DNA from: an uncultured Acidobacteriota bacterium
GTDB lineage: Bacteria; Acidobacteriota; Thermoanaerobaculia; Gp7-AA8
DNA: 64,000 nt
Direction: 5' to 3'
Assembly: GCA_963822445.1 (NCBI GenBank)
Contig: CAWGHO010000002.1
Span: forward strand, 2,432,001-2,496,000
In this document: positions 1 through 9,885 of the stretch, one piece after another
How positions within the stretch are numbered: position 1 is the first letter of the stretch
How the letters are laid out: each line of letters starts with the position of its first letter
Translations under genes and position numbers: made by a program
Notes under the pieces: generated by a model
The model's input: the letters and a program-made list of their open reading frames with translations, nothing else
The model's database searches: none
What the model was told of the DNA's origin: nothing

Positions 1-285
1 GTAATAGAGCCGCTGCGGCGCTTCGACGCTCAGCGACAATCCGCCGGCCTGCTCGCCCGTCGGCAGCGTGGCTGTCTCGGAAAACCCGGCGTCAGAGAGG
101 CGGATCTTCGAGAGCAGGTAGAACCTGCCGTAGTGGAAGTTCGCCTGCTGAAGGTCAGCAGCCAATCTTTTCGACGCTTCGAGATCCGGATCGCGGTCCC
201 TCATCCTCTGCGACGACTGGGCGTGGCCACTGAACGAGACGAATGCGATGAGAATGAGACCGAACAGGCGCTGCAAACCGCGCAA
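1..285 (-). CDS. Secreted/outer-membrane hypothetical protein, 5' part only (runs off the window); possibly a polysaccharide-associated beta-barrel
   Basis: Manual translation of the minus strand from TTG at 285: MRGLQRLFGLILIAFVSFSGHAQSSQR...PQRLYY, open to position 1. Signal-peptide-like N-terminus; GGGAGGGG RBS just upstream. Not in the ORF track because it has no stop in the window. Confidence 0.6.
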   Translation of the reverse strand, partial: MRGLQRLFGLILIAFVSFSGHAQSSQRMRDRDPDLEASKRLAADLQQANFHYGRFYLLSKIRLSDAGFSETATLPTGEQAGGLSLSVEAPQRLYY

Positions 286-365
286 TAAACCCCTCCCACT
301 TCGAAGAACCTGCGATTGCTTGAAGGACGAACGAGTTTAGCACCCGCCCATTACAATCGACCCAC

Positions 366-1814
366 ATGCCGAACAGTCTGCGGTGGACGACGACAGGCGA
401 GCGGGCCTGCCTGGCAGTCCTGTTTGCGTGGCTGGCCGCGCTACCTCTGCCGTTCGGATCGGTGATCGAGGGAGCGAGAACGCCTCTCATCGCCATCCCG
501 CTGGCGATCTGCACGATCGCCGCGCTGCTCAGGCTTTACGCGACGCGCGATCGCACGAACACCGCGCAACCGACCCGGCCCTGGGTGATCTGGGCCCTCG
601 GCGCGCTGATCCTCCTCGCCTTCGTTCTTCTGCAACTCGTGCCGCTGCCGCGCGGAATGCTGGCCGTTCTTTCGCCGGAGGCGCGTGCGATCTGGCGCGA
701 GGGCTCCCAGATCGCGGCGATTGCCGGCGCGACGCCCCGCGAAGCGTGGCCGCTGACCGTCGATCCACACGCGACGACGTTCGAGTTCTTCCGGATCGCG
801 GCGCTTTTCGCGACCTTCACCGCCGCCGCGCTTCTCATTCGCTCGCACACGCGCCGCGAGGTCCTCGCCTTCGCGCTCTGCATCGCCGCGGTATTCGAAG
901 CGTGTTACGGCATCCGCGAAGCCGCGCTGGATCGGTATGCGATCTGGGGTTGGGTAAACCGGCTGATCTTCAACCGCGTGACGGGGACGTTCGTGAACCC
1001 GAATCACTTCGGTCACTACCTGGCGATCCTCCTGCCGCTGGCGATGTTCATCGTGGCCGTGCGCTGGCATCGCGCGGGCGGACGCGAGACCCCTCGCGGC
1101 CAGCGCGTCGCTCAGCTCATCGAGCGCTCGTTCATCGCGGTCGGCTTCGCGCTGATCGCCGCCGTTGCCTGCATCGCCGGCATTCTGCTGTCCCAATCGC
1201 GAGGCGCGCTCCTGGCCCTCGGCGCGGGCTCGCTCGCCGTCGCGGCCATGCTGCCCGGCCGCCGCATCGCACGGATTGCACTCGGATCAGCGGCGGGGCT
1301 CGTCGCCGTCGTCACCCTGGCCCTGTTCCTCGGTCCGGAACGGACGGTTACCCGGTTCTTGGCGTCGAGCGACGCCCTGGCCAGCCGCCGCGTGGGCATC
1401 AGCGCGGCGCTCGATCTCTGGACCCGGTTTCCGATCTTCGGCAGCGGCGCGGGGACGTTCGAGCGCGTGGTCTCGATGGAACAGCACGAAAGGATCGGGG
1501 TGATCTACCACCACGCTCACAACGACTACGCGGAGATCGCCGCGACGACGGGAACGATCGGATTCGTCATTGCCACGGTCGCTCTTTTGGGCGGGTACAT
1601 CGCGCTCATCCGCATGACCTTCGGCGAACGGTCGCGGGAGATCACCTGGAGCCGGCGGGCGTTTCAGGTCGCGGCGCTGGCCAGTCTGACCATCGCCATG
1701 ATTCACGCGCTCTTCGATTTCAACTTCTACATTCCGGCGAATCCAGCGACCCTCGCGGCGATCCTCGGCGCTTCAGTAGCCTCGGTCGATCACGACAAGC
1801 GGACCCGCCGCTGA
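366..1814 (+). CDS. O-antigen ligase / Wzy_C family membrane protein
   Basis: 482 aa, many TM segments. Motifs GTFVNPNHF, SQSRGA, PIFGSGAGTF, HAHNDY and HALFDFNF are typical of the family. Confidence 0.85.
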   Translation: MPNSLRWTTTGERACLAVLFAWLAALPLPFGSVIEGARTPLIAIPLAICTIAALLRLYATRDRTNTAQPTRPWVIWALGALILLAFVLLQLVPLPRGMLAVLSPEARAIWREGSQIAAIAGATPREAWPLTVDPHATTFEFFRIAALFATFTAAALLIRSHTRREVLAFALCIAAVFEACYGIREAALDRYAIWGWVNRLIFNRVTGTFVNPNHFGHYLAILLPLAMFIVAVRWHRAGGRETPRGQRVAQLIERSFIAVGFALIAAVACIAGILLSQSRGALLALGAGSLAVAAMLPGRRIARIALGSAAGLVAVVTLALFLGPERTVTRFLASSDALASRRVGISAALDLWTRFPIFGSGAGTFERVVSMEQHERIGVIYHHAHNDYAEIAATTGTIGFVIATVALLGGYIALIRMTFGERSREITWSRRAFQVAALASLTIAMIHALFDFNFYIPANPATLAAILGASVASVDHDKRTRR

Positions 1815-2971
1815 AAGCGATTCCGCGTCTGCGGATTGATGAGCCGTACCTCGACTCGATGCGGTCCGGCGGCGCGAACCGGGATGGTGAATCGGCGCGA
1901 GTCATCGATCGGCCCTTCGGCCATCCGCTCATCGTCCACGTAGATCTCGACGTACGGCGGAACCTCGTCGCTTTGCATGACCGCGACGTCGAGCGTGATC
2001 TCGGTGCTCGCCGGGATCGTCGCTGACCCCACGCTGCAGACGTCGTTTCCTCCGCAGGTCCCCGTCCAGCGCGCGGTCTCGGGACGCCGGGGCTCACGCG
2101 CGGTGATGAGCACCGCTTCTTCGTGGCGTCCGAGGGCGCTGGCCAGTCGCGCGCGCGTGGCGCCGGGAACCTCTCGCGTTTCCACGAGAACGTCCAGGCC
2201 GTCGAGCGGCGTGAGGTGATTGCGGATCGCGAAGTCCGCGAGATCGGCCGCGCGCTCGGCCACGCTCGGCGCATTGAGAATGTCGAGCGGACGCCGATGC
2301 AACTGCGCGAGTACGCCGCGCACCAGCGGCTCGTCGTCCCGCGTGATCGGACTCGGAAGGAGACGAATCAGCTCGACCGCGCTCAGCGTCTCCTTGCGCT
2401 CCTCGAACGCGCGCATGCGCCGGGCGGCCACGGCCGCGCGCAGATCGCGGTAATCGGCGAACAGGCCGTTCATCGCGGCGAGGTCACGCAACCAGAGCAC
2501 CGCGTTTTCCGTGTCGGGAGCATTGCGGCGAAGGTAGGTGAGATCGCGAGTGAGATCGAAAAGCGGTCTGTACATCCGCTCGAAGAACTGCGGATTACGA
2601 AGCATCGGCGCGGCGACGCGAAGCACTTCCGTGCGGTCTGCCGCGGAGAGCTCGTACCAGTGAAAGAGGCCGCCGCGCACGAAGGCCGCGGTCGGATTCA
2701 CGCGGTGCGGCGCGAGCCGCAGCGCATGCGCGTACGAAACGCGCCACAACTCCGAACGGCGTGGAGTGGTCGCGTCGAGCGCGCGATCGGCGATGAGACT
2801 CGCGGCCAGCCAGTCCGCGGGATGATCGGCAAGCCATCGAGCGAGCGCGCCGATCTCGCGCGGGCGATCGGCATCGCGCGCAATCGCCGGCTTCGCCAGA
2901 AACACGATCAGCAACGCGAGCGTGAGTCCCGCGGTAATGCCCAGCAGAATCTGCCGCGAGGTGCGGGTCAT
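1790..2971 (-). CDS. Hypothetical membrane-anchored protein (N-terminal TM, helical body, beta-rich C-terminus)
   Basis: ATG at 2971 overlaps the upstream GT stop (ATGA). N-terminal hydrophobic helix; 393 aa. Confidence 0.65.
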   Translation of the reverse strand: MTRTSRQILLGITAGLTLALLIVFLAKPAIARDADRPREIGALARWLADHPADWLAASLIADRALDATTPRRSELWRVSYAHALRLAPHRVNPTAAFVRGGLFHWYELSAADRTEVLRVAAPMLRNPQFFERMYRPLFDLTRDLTYLRRNAPDTENAVLWLRDLAAMNGLFADYRDLRAAVAARRMRAFEERKETLSAVELIRLLPSPITRDDEPLVRGVLAQLHRRPLDILNAPSVAERAADLADFAIRNHLTPLDGLDVLVETREVPGATRARLASALGRHEEAVLITAREPRRPETARWTGTCGGNDVCSVGSATIPASTEITLDVAVMQSDEVPPYVEIYVDDERMAEGPIDDSRRFTIPVRAAGPHRVEVRLINPQTRNRFQRRVRLS

Positions 2972-4056
2972 GACGCTGCTTCCTGCAGAACGCGCTCCCA
3001 CGCCGCGAATGCGTGACGCGGCGCGAAGTGCGATTCATACATCTCCCGGCCGCGTGCCCCCATGGCGCTGTCGACGTTTCGAATCGCGCGCACCAGCCCT
3101 TCCGCATCGCCCGGTTCGACGACCAGGCCGCAGCGGCATTGCCTGATGATCCGCGCCGCCTCGCCGTCTTTCGAGCCGATGAAGACGACCGGCCGGCCGA
3201 CGGCCATGATTCCGTAAAGCTTGCTCGGCACGATCAGCCCCTCGAGCGCCGGCTGCAGGGAAACGAGATGCGCGTCGACGGACGAAAGGCTCTCGCCGAG
3301 CTTTTCCCGCGATGCATACGGTCGAAAGCTCACATTCGGGCCGGCCTCGCGTTTCACCCGTTCGAGCTGCGCGCCACCGCCGGTAAACACGAAGCGAACG
3401 TCGGGCATCAACTGCATCGCGGCGATGATCGTCTCCACCTCGTGTGCGCGGCCGAGGTTGCCGGAGTAGCCGATGGTGAGGCCGGTTTTGGTCCGGGGGA
3501 TCGGCTGCAGCGAAGCGTCGGCCCAATTGTGAATCACCGTGGCCTTCGGCACCCGTGCGGCCATCAGATCGCCGAGGACCACGTTCGCTCTCGAGCGGCG
3601 CAGCGACCAGTTTCGGATCGGCCGCACCAGTCTCACTCCGCGCATCCCCAGCCCCTCGGCCACCTCGGGGAAAAGATCCTGGACCCAGTTGACAACCCGC
3701 CGCGAAGCGAGCGCCGCGATGACCGACAGCAGCGGTGGATCGGTCATGGCGACGATCACCGCGTCGCGCCGCTTGCGAATCGCCGTGAATGCGCCGAGGT
3801 AGAAGGTGAGGTAGTCGATGGCCCGTCCGGGAAGAAAGGAGCGGCCGAAGCGCGTGGTGGCGATGCGCGTGATGGTCACGCCGTCCACGGTTTCCCGTTC
3901 CGGCAGCCGCGCATCGGCATCGTCATAACGCTGCCTGCTCGTGATCGCCTCGACTTCCCATCCGCGCGCCGCGAGATGGAACGCCAGATCCGACGCCATC
4001 TGACTTGTTGCAGAATGGTCGGGATGGAAGTAGCGATTCACGAAGACGACGCGCAC
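2968..4056 (-). CDS. Glycosyltransferase family 4 (WbuB/WcaI-like)
   Basis: FVNRYFHPDHSATSQ, WVQDLFPE, YSGNLGRAH, VPSKLYGIMAVGRPV. Confidence 0.9.
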   Translation of the reverse strand: MRVVFVNRYFHPDHSATSQMASDLAFHLAARGWEVEAITSRQRYDDADARLPERETVDGVTITRIATTRFGRSFLPGRAIDYLTFYLGAFTAIRKRRDAVIVAMTDPPLLSVIAALASRRVVNWVQDLFPEVAEGLGMRGVRLVRPIRNWSLRRSRANVVLGDLMAARVPKATVIHNWADASLQPIPRTKTGLTIGYSGNLGRAHEVETIIAAMQLMPDVRFVFTGGGAQLERVKREAGPNVSFRPYASREKLGESLSSVDAHLVSLQPALEGLIVPSKLYGIMAVGRPVVFIGSKDGEAARIIRQCRCGLVVEPGDAEGLVRAIRNVDSAMGARGREMYESHFAPRHAFAAWERVLQEAAS

Positions 4057-4058
4057 GC

Positions 4059-5801
4059 ATGATCATTCTAGGCATCAACGCCCATCACGCCGACGCCGCC
4101 GCGTGCATCGTGGTCGACGGGAAGCTCGTCGCGGCGGCCGAGGAAGAGCGATTCCGGCGGATCAAGCACTGGGCGGGCTTCCCCAGCGCGGCCATCGATT
4201 ACTGCCTGCGCGAAGCGGGTGTGGGCATCAACGACGTCCATCACATCGCCGTCAATCGCGATCCCAACGCGCGGCTGATGCAGCGGATGAAGTTCATCCT
4301 GGCCCGCCGTCCTTCGGTCGAAGCGATCCGGCGACGGCTCGCCAATCGCGCGAAGATCAAGGATCTGCGCACCGAGATCGTCGAGACCTTCAACCTCACC
4401 TCGCTGAAGCCGAAGCTGCACAACGTCGAGCATCACCGCGCGCATCTCGCGTCGGCGGCGTTCGTGTCGCCGTTCGAGGAAGCGGGCGTTCTCTCGATCG
4501 ACGGGTTCGGCGATTTCGTGAGCGCGATGTGGGGCGTCGCCAGCGGCAATCACATCGAAGTCCTCGGCGAGATCGGCTTCCCCCACTCCCTCGGCATCTT
4601 CTACACGGCCATGACCCAGTACCTCGGCTTCCCGCACTACGGCGACGAGTACAAAGTCATGGGCCTGGCGCCGTACGGCAAGCCGGTTTTCCTCGACGAG
4701 ATGCGGGACATCGTGCACGTGAAGGACGGCCGCTTCGCGCTGAACACCGACTACTTCACCCATCACAGCGTCGGCCTGGACATGGTCTGGCTCGGCGGCT
4801 CGCCGGCGATCGGCCCGGTTTACTCGGAGAAGCTCGTCGAGAAGCTCGGGCCGGCGCGTGCGCCGCAGGATCCGATGGAACAGCGGCACAAGGATCTCGC
4901 CGCGTCGATGCAGGCGATGTTCGAAGAGGGCTACTTCGCACTGGCGAACGGGCTCTTCGAGAAGACGAAGATTCCCAATCTCGCGCTGGCCGGCGGCTGC
5001 GGCTACAACAGCGTCGCCAACGGCCTGGTCTTCGATCGGTCGCCGTATCGCGAGCTGTACATCCAGGCCGCGGCGGGTGATGCCGGCGGCGCGATCGGTG
5101 CGGCGTACTGGGTCTGGAATGAGGAGTTGCGGCAGCCCCGCTCGTTTGTGATGGATCACGCGTACTACGGCCCCGAGTACGGCGACGGCGCGGTCGACAA
5201 GGCCGTCTTCGCGCGGCAGGCCGATCTCGACGAGGCCAATTGCACGTTTCATCGCGTTCGCAGCGAACGGGAGCTCTGCGCGCGCACCGCGGAGCAGGTC
5301 GCCAAAGGAAACGTGGTGGGCTGGTTTCAGGGGCGGATGGAATGGGGACCGCGTGCGCTGGGGAATCGTTCGATCGTCTGCGATCCGCGCCGCGCCGACA
5401 TGAAGGACATCCTCAACCACAAAATCAAGCGGCGCGAGTCGTTCCGCCCGTTCGCGCCGTCGGTGATTCGCGAGGCCGTGGGCGAGTGGTTCGAGACCGA
5501 TTACGACGTGCCCTTCATGCTGCAGGTCTACCAGATCCGCGAGGAGAAGCGCGCGCAGATTCCTGCGGTGACGCACGTGAATGGATCGGGGCGATTGCAG
5601 TCGGTGACGGAAGCGCAGAACGCGCGCTACTACCACCTCATCGAAGCGTTCCGCGACATCACCGGCGTTCCCATCGTCCTGAACACCTCGTTCAACGAGA
5701 ACGAGCCGGTGGTGAATACGCCGGCCGAGGCGCTGGACTGCTTTCTCAGGACGAAGATGGATCTGCTGGTGATGGGCGATCTGATGATCCAGCGGTCGTG
5801 A
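4059..5801 (+). CDS. Carbamoyltransferase (NodU/CmcH/TobZ family)
   Basis: MIILGINAHHADAAA, AEEERFRRIKH, VEHHRAHLASA, GDEYKVMGLAPYG, EWGPRALGNRSI, RESFRPFAPS, LNTSFN. Start trimmed to ATG 4059. Confidence 0.93.
   Translation: MIILGINAHHADAAACIVVDGKLVAAAEEERFRRIKHWAGFPSAAIDYCLREAGVGINDVHHIAVNRDPNARLMQRMKFILARRPSVEAIRRRLANRAKIKDLRTEIVETFNLTSLKPKLHNVEHHRAHLASAAFVSPFEEAGVLSIDGFGDFVSAMWGVASGNHIEVLGEIGFPHSLGIFYTAMTQYLGFPHYGDEYKVMGLAPYGKPVFLDEMRDIVHVKDGRFALNTDYFTHHSVGLDMVWLGGSPAIGPVYSEKLVEKLGPARAPQDPMEQRHKDLAASMQAMFEEGYFALANGLFEKTKIPNLALAGGCGYNSVANGLVFDRSPYRELYIQAAAGDAGGAIGAAYWVWNEELRQPRSFVMDHAYYGPEYGDGAVDKAVFARQADLDEANCTFHRVRSERELCARTAEQVAKGNVVGWFQGRMEWGPRALGNRSIVCDPRRADMKDILNHKIKRRESFRPFAPSVIREAVGEWFETDYDVPFMLQVYQIREEKRAQIPAVTHVNGSGRLQSVTEAQNARYYHLIEAFRDITGVPIVLNTSFNENEPVVNTPAEALDCFLRTKMDLLVMGDLMIQRS
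4065..4070 (-). promoter_or_regulatory. Putative -10 box (TAGAAT) for the GT4 gene, embedded in codons 3-4 of the divergent carbamoyltransferase
   Basis: TAGAAT lies 8 nt before GTG 4056 and is encoded on the plus strand by ATT CTA, which are rare codons in this GC-rich DNA. Confidence 0.5.
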
Positions 5802-6543
5802 GCAGCTCCCGGGACAGAATCAGCTCCGCCACGAACCGTTCCAACGCGTAGCGCAGGCCGGGCGGGCCGTCGAGGACCAACCCCTTCACGAACAGCGTGT
5901 GCACGAGCACCGCGAACGGCGCGACGACGATCAGCTTGCGGATGCGCGCGGCGAGATTGAGCGACCGCGGATCGGCGTTGCGCAGCTTCGCCGCTTCCTG
6001 ACGCATGTAGACCTTCTGCCGGGCCACGAAACGCCGGAAGCTCTTGCGGTCGTCGTGAATCACGCGCGTGTGCAGCTCGCCGAGGTCGCCGTCGACGAGG
6101 AGACGTTGCGTGTGCCCATCCTGCATAAATGCGGCGTGCGCCGTGGAGGCGAGGATGATGCGAGGCGGGTACAGCGACGCTCGCAGCGGACGGCCATCGA
6201 TCGCGTAGATGAACGCCGCGCGATACCCGCGAATGTTTGTGGGGACCTGTAGCGACTCGAGCTCGTGCGCGATCGCGTCGGGGAGGAAGTAGTCCGCGTC
6301 GAGCGCGAGGAACCAGGGAGTGCGCACCTGCTGCAGGCCGAACGTCCACTGCTGCGCGTGGGTGTCGAACGCTCGCTCGAAGACGCGGACGTTTGGAAAG
6401 CGACGGGCCGCGGCGACGGTGCCGTCGCTCGACAGACTGTCCACGAGGACGATGTCGTGCGCCCAGCGGAGTTGCCCGAGGGTGCGCGCGATGTTCGGCT
6501 CCTCATCGCGAGTCAGGATCACCGGGGTGATCTGATCGAGCAA
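5746..6543 (-). CDS. Glycosyltransferase family 2 (beta-1,4-glucosyltransferase/KdtX-like)
   Basis: ITPVILTRDEEPNI, VDSLSSDGT, WFLALDAD. TTG start at 6543 with GGAGG RBS. Confidence 0.88.
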   Translation of the reverse strand: MLDQITPVILTRDEEPNIARTLGQLRWAHDIVLVDSLSSDGTVAAARRFPNVRVFERAFDTHAQQWTFGLQQVRTPWFLALDADYFLPDAIAHELESLQVPTNIRGYRAAFIYAIDGRPLRASLYPPRIILASTAHAAFMQDGHTQRLLVDGDLGELHTRVIHDDRKSFRRFVARQKVYMRQEAAKLRNADPRSLNLAARIRKLIVVAPFAVLVHTLFVKGLVLDGPPGLRYALERFVAELILSRELLTTAGSSDRPSPADPSSS

Positions 6544-7619
6544 TACGCTGCCTCCATCTCTTCGGCCACGCGAGGCCACGCGAATCGCGATTCCACCAGC
6601 GCCCGCCCTTTCCGGCCCATTGTCGCGCGCCGCTGCGGATCATCGAGCAGCGCCGGCACTTCCTCGAGACCGATCACGCCCGCGCCGGCGCGCAGGACAT
6701 CGTCCGCCAGGCCCACGCCCCGCGACAACACCACCGGCGTTTCCATCGCCAGAGCCTCCAGCACGGCGTTGCCGAAATTCTCCGAGGTGGAAAGCAGCAC
6801 GAAGAGGGTGGCCCGTGCCAGCAGCTCCTCTTTCGCCCGATCGTAGACCGGCCCGACGAACTCCACATTCGCGCCGACGCGGGCCGCGAGCTCGCGCAAC
6901 CGCGGCGTCAGATTCTCTTCGTCGTTTCCGGCGACGATCAGCTTTGCGTTGAGAGCCGGCGCGGCCTCGATGACCTGTTCGACCCCTTTCTTCCAGTTGA
7001 TGCGGCCGAGGAAGAGGAGGGTGCGCTCGTCGCGTGGAACGTTCGGACGCGACGGAAGGTCGACGCCGTTCGGAATCACGACCGGCGAGGGCAGCGGCAT
7101 TCCGACGCGGCGCGCATCATCCCACTCCAGTTGCGACGTGAAATGAATCGCCGACGCTTTTGTGAAGCCACGGCGTTCGATCAATCTCAGCCAGAGCGTT
7201 TTCGCGATCCGGCTCTTGCCGGCAATCAGTTCCGGCACGAGCATCCCTCGCGGCGAGATCACGTACGGAACGCCGGCCGCCCGCGCCGCGCGCGCCGCCG
7301 CCACGCCGGGCCAGAGGTAGACCGCGTGCGAATGCACGACGTCGAAGCCGCGCACTGACGAATCGAGCGCCTTTCCCATCTGCGAGGACCAGTACACGCG
7401 CCGATGACGCGACTCGAAGTAATGCACCTGAACGCCGTCGACGTCGACCGGTTTGTTCGCGGGGACATCGAGCGTTCCGTCGCCGTCCACGTTCGTCGTG
7501 AACACGTGCACGTCGTGGCCGCGCGCGACGAGCGCTTTGCACAGGCCATGGACCGCGATGATCGGACCACCGTATCGCCGCGCCGGAAAGTAGGTCGGAA
7601 CGACGTGCAGGATTCTCAA
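6519..7619 (-). CDS. Glycosyltransferase family 4
   Basis: MRILHVVPTYFPARRYGGP, LFLGRINWKKG, SENFGNAVLEALA. Confidence 0.92.
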   Translation of the reverse strand: MRILHVVPTYFPARRYGGPIIAVHGLCKALVARGHDVHVFTTNVDGDGTLDVPANKPVDVDGVQVHYFESRHRRVYWSSQMGKALDSSVRGFDVVHSHAVYLWPGVAAARAARAAGVPYVISPRGMLVPELIAGKSRIAKTLWLRLIERRGFTKASAIHFTSQLEWDDARRVGMPLPSPVVIPNGVDLPSRPNVPRDERTLLFLGRINWKKGVEQVIEAAPALNAKLIVAGNDEENLTPRLRELAARVGANVEFVGPVYDRAKEELLARATLFVLLSTSENFGNAVLEALAMETPVVLSRGVGLADDVLRAGAGVIGLEEVPALLDDPQRRATMGRKGRALVESRFAWPRVAEEMEAAYCSIRSPR

Positions 7620-8998
7620 GCGACCTGTGGCGCGGCCGCCGCCGGAGCGCGGTAAGTGGTTTCCTGCGCGAGCCGTTCATCGAGCGTCGCCGATCCGAAG
7701 AGACAACCGGCGAGGAACGCGCTCATCAAGGTGAGAACGGGATCGGAGTAGGCCTGCGCCGAGGCGAGGAAGTTGCCGATGTTGGCGACGACCATTGCGA
7801 ACAACGCGACCCGGATGATCTGCGACGTCCCCTCGATGTCGGGAACGGCGGCGATCCGAAGCATCATCCGCAGAATCGACCATCCCAGAAGAGCGAACAC
7901 GAAGAGACCGGGCAGCCCCAGTTCCTTGGTGATTTTGCCCAGGCCGCCCTCCTGCCAGCCGAAGTCCGTCTCGCGGCCGCTGACGTGGCGGATGCCCTGC
8001 GTCGCCGCGCCCAGCCCGGCGCCCATGAACGATCCCTCCGCGAGCGTGCCCATGACGCCGCCCTCGAGCCGCTGGAACACCTCACCAGGCGTCGTCCGCG
8101 TCCCCCGCGCATAAACCTCGGACTTCTCACCGGAGCGGATCTCGCGCACCACGAGACCGAGGGCGAGGCCGAGCAAGACGACCAGCGCGATCTGGGTCGT
8201 GGTCATGCGCGTGATGAATCGCCAGACGAACACGATCGCGAAGACGGCCACCATGTACACCGCTTTACGGCGGCCGCTGATGATGCAGTTCAGAAATCCC
8301 CACGCGGCGACGGCGATCCACGGCCAGGCCTTCGTCAGCTCGCGCGTTCTGACGGCCAGCGTCACGCCGATCGCGGTGAGCATCGCCGCGTGCCAGGCCA
8401 TGATGTCCGGCGCGCGATAGAAGCCGGACAGCACGCGGATCTGAATGCCGGGAAGATGGCGGACGTAGCCGCCGGGCATGGCCACGACGCCGAGGACCGG
8501 CCAGTTGAAGCGCAGGTACTCGAGCACCGTTCCGATCAGGCTGATCGACGTGAGCACCGCGTAAAACCTGAAGAAGCGGATGATCTGCTCCTCGCGAGTG
8601 AGCCACGCATAGCCGAGGAGAACGGCGGGGATGGGCAGGAGGTAGATGAGGAAGCTGAGGGCCGGCACCTGCCACGCTTCCAGGCCGAACGTCGCCAGGC
8701 CGTTGAAGGCGGCCATGACCAGCACCACCGCGAACAGGATGATTGCCGCGTAGAGCCGCGGGAAGCGGCGCTCGAAGTCGGCGCGGTTCCGCTGCAGCGA
8801 TCCGATCGCGGCGAACAGAATGACGGCGTAGACCGCGACGATGCTCATCGACAGCACCGCCGGTGTTCCCGGAGTCAGCTTGCGCACCGGATCCTGGAGG
8901 ATTCCGCAGACGACCGCGGCGAGCCAGCCGTAGCGCCAGTTCGAAAGCGCGAGGGCCATCGACGCGGCCAGGACGGCTCCGAAGAGCAGGGTGATCAT
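7616..8998 (-). CDS. Polytopic membrane protein, probable Wzy-like polymerase/ligase
   Basis: 460 aa, about 11 TM segments. QDPVRKLTPG, ISGRRKA, GAGLGAATQG and EGGLGKITKELGLPG; located inside the glycan operon. Confidence 0.65.
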   Translation of the reverse strand: MITLLFGAVLAASMALALSNWRYGWLAAVVCGILQDPVRKLTPGTPAVLSMSIVAVYAVILFAAIGSLQRNRADFERRFPRLYAAIILFAVVLVMAAFNGLATFGLEAWQVPALSFLIYLLPIPAVLLGYAWLTREEQIIRFFRFYAVLTSISLIGTVLEYLRFNWPVLGVVAMPGGYVRHLPGIQIRVLSGFYRAPDIMAWHAAMLTAIGVTLAVRTRELTKAWPWIAVAAWGFLNCIISGRRKAVYMVAVFAIVFVWRFITRMTTTQIALVVLLGLALGLVVREIRSGEKSEVYARGTRTTPGEVFQRLEGGVMGTLAEGSFMGAGLGAATQGIRHVSGRETDFGWQEGGLGKITKELGLPGLFVFALLGWSILRMMLRIAAVPDIEGTSQIIRVALFAMVVANIGNFLASAQAYSDPVLTLMSAFLAGCLFGSATLDERLAQETTYRAPAAAAPQVA

Positions 8999-9885
8999 GG
9001 TTGGTCGCCGGGCGCAACAACGCGCAGGCTGCGTCCCTTCCGGTACAGCCGCCGCGCCAGCAGCAGGCCGCGCGCTTCACCGATCAGCTTGCCGGGGATG
9101 TGCCAGGGACGGGCAGCGAGATAGCGCGTGGCCACGTTCTGCACGATGCGCCGCGCCGCGTAAGCCCAGAACCCTTTCATGTGATGCAGCGCGAAGTAGT
9201 AATCGCCGGCGGAGTGCGCGGCGACGGGTGCGGTGCGGTGGTCGCCGTAGCTTCGCAGTCCGCCCGTCGAAAGCTGGAGGTGCCGCAGCGATGCGCGCGG
9301 CTCGAACCAGATCTTTCCGCCGGCCGCAGCGATGCGCATCGCAAAGTCGGTTTCGAATCGATAAGCGGCGCCGGTAAAGTTCTCGTCGAACCCGCCGATC
9401 TGCAGCGCGCGCTCGCGCTTCACCGAGAGATTGCCGGCCATCACGTTCGTCACGAACTGCCCGACGGTGCCGTTGAAGGCGAAGTGCAGATCGTCGCGCG
9501 ATGCCGTTTGCGCCGGCTCCTGTCCGGGCTGCAGAACCTGGCCGGCGACGGCCCAGATCTCGTCACTCGCGTGCGCCGCGACGTGAACGCCGGCGAGGTC
9601 GCGATTCGGAATCACGTCGTCATCCATGAACAGAACGAGCGGCGTCGTCGCCGCCAGTAGCGCATCGTTCATCGCGCGTGGAATCGACGGTTCGGCCAGC
9701 CGCAACCAGCGGATTGCGCCGGAGTTGCTCCACTCGCGCAGGCGCGTCTCGATCTCGGGAGGATGGGCGACGGTTTGGTCGGCAATGACGACGGAAGCCG
9801 CGCGGGGCTGCAAATCGAGCAGGCGCTCGATCGTCTCGACGAGGATCGCGCCGCGGTTGTAGGTCGGAATGGCAATGGTGATCAT
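8995..9885 (-). CDS. Glycosyltransferase family 2
   Basis: MITIAIPTYNRG, LFMDDDV, GGFDENF, RFETDF. ATGA coupling. Confidence 0.9.
   Translation of the reverse strand: MITIAIPTYNRGAILVETIERLLDLQPRAASVVIADQTVAHPPEIETRLREWSNSGAIRWLRLAEPSIPRAMNDALLAATTPLVLFMDDDVIPNRDLAGVHVAAHASDEIWAVAGQVLQPGQEPAQTASRDDLHFAFNGTVGQFVTNVMAGNLSVKRERALQIGGFDENFTGAAYRFETDFAMRIAAAGGKIWFEPRASLRHLQLSTGGLRSYGDHRTAPVAAHSAGDYYFALHHMKGFWAYAARRIVQNVATRYLAARPWHIPGKLIGEARGLLLARRLYRKGRSLRVVAPGDQP

Noticed and set aside
4053-5800. Site-specific invertible cassette around the carbamoyltransferase
   Set aside because: Only a 4-bp CACG/CGTG inverted match and no recombinase nearby. Re-inversion would leave the upstream GT2 without a nearby stop.
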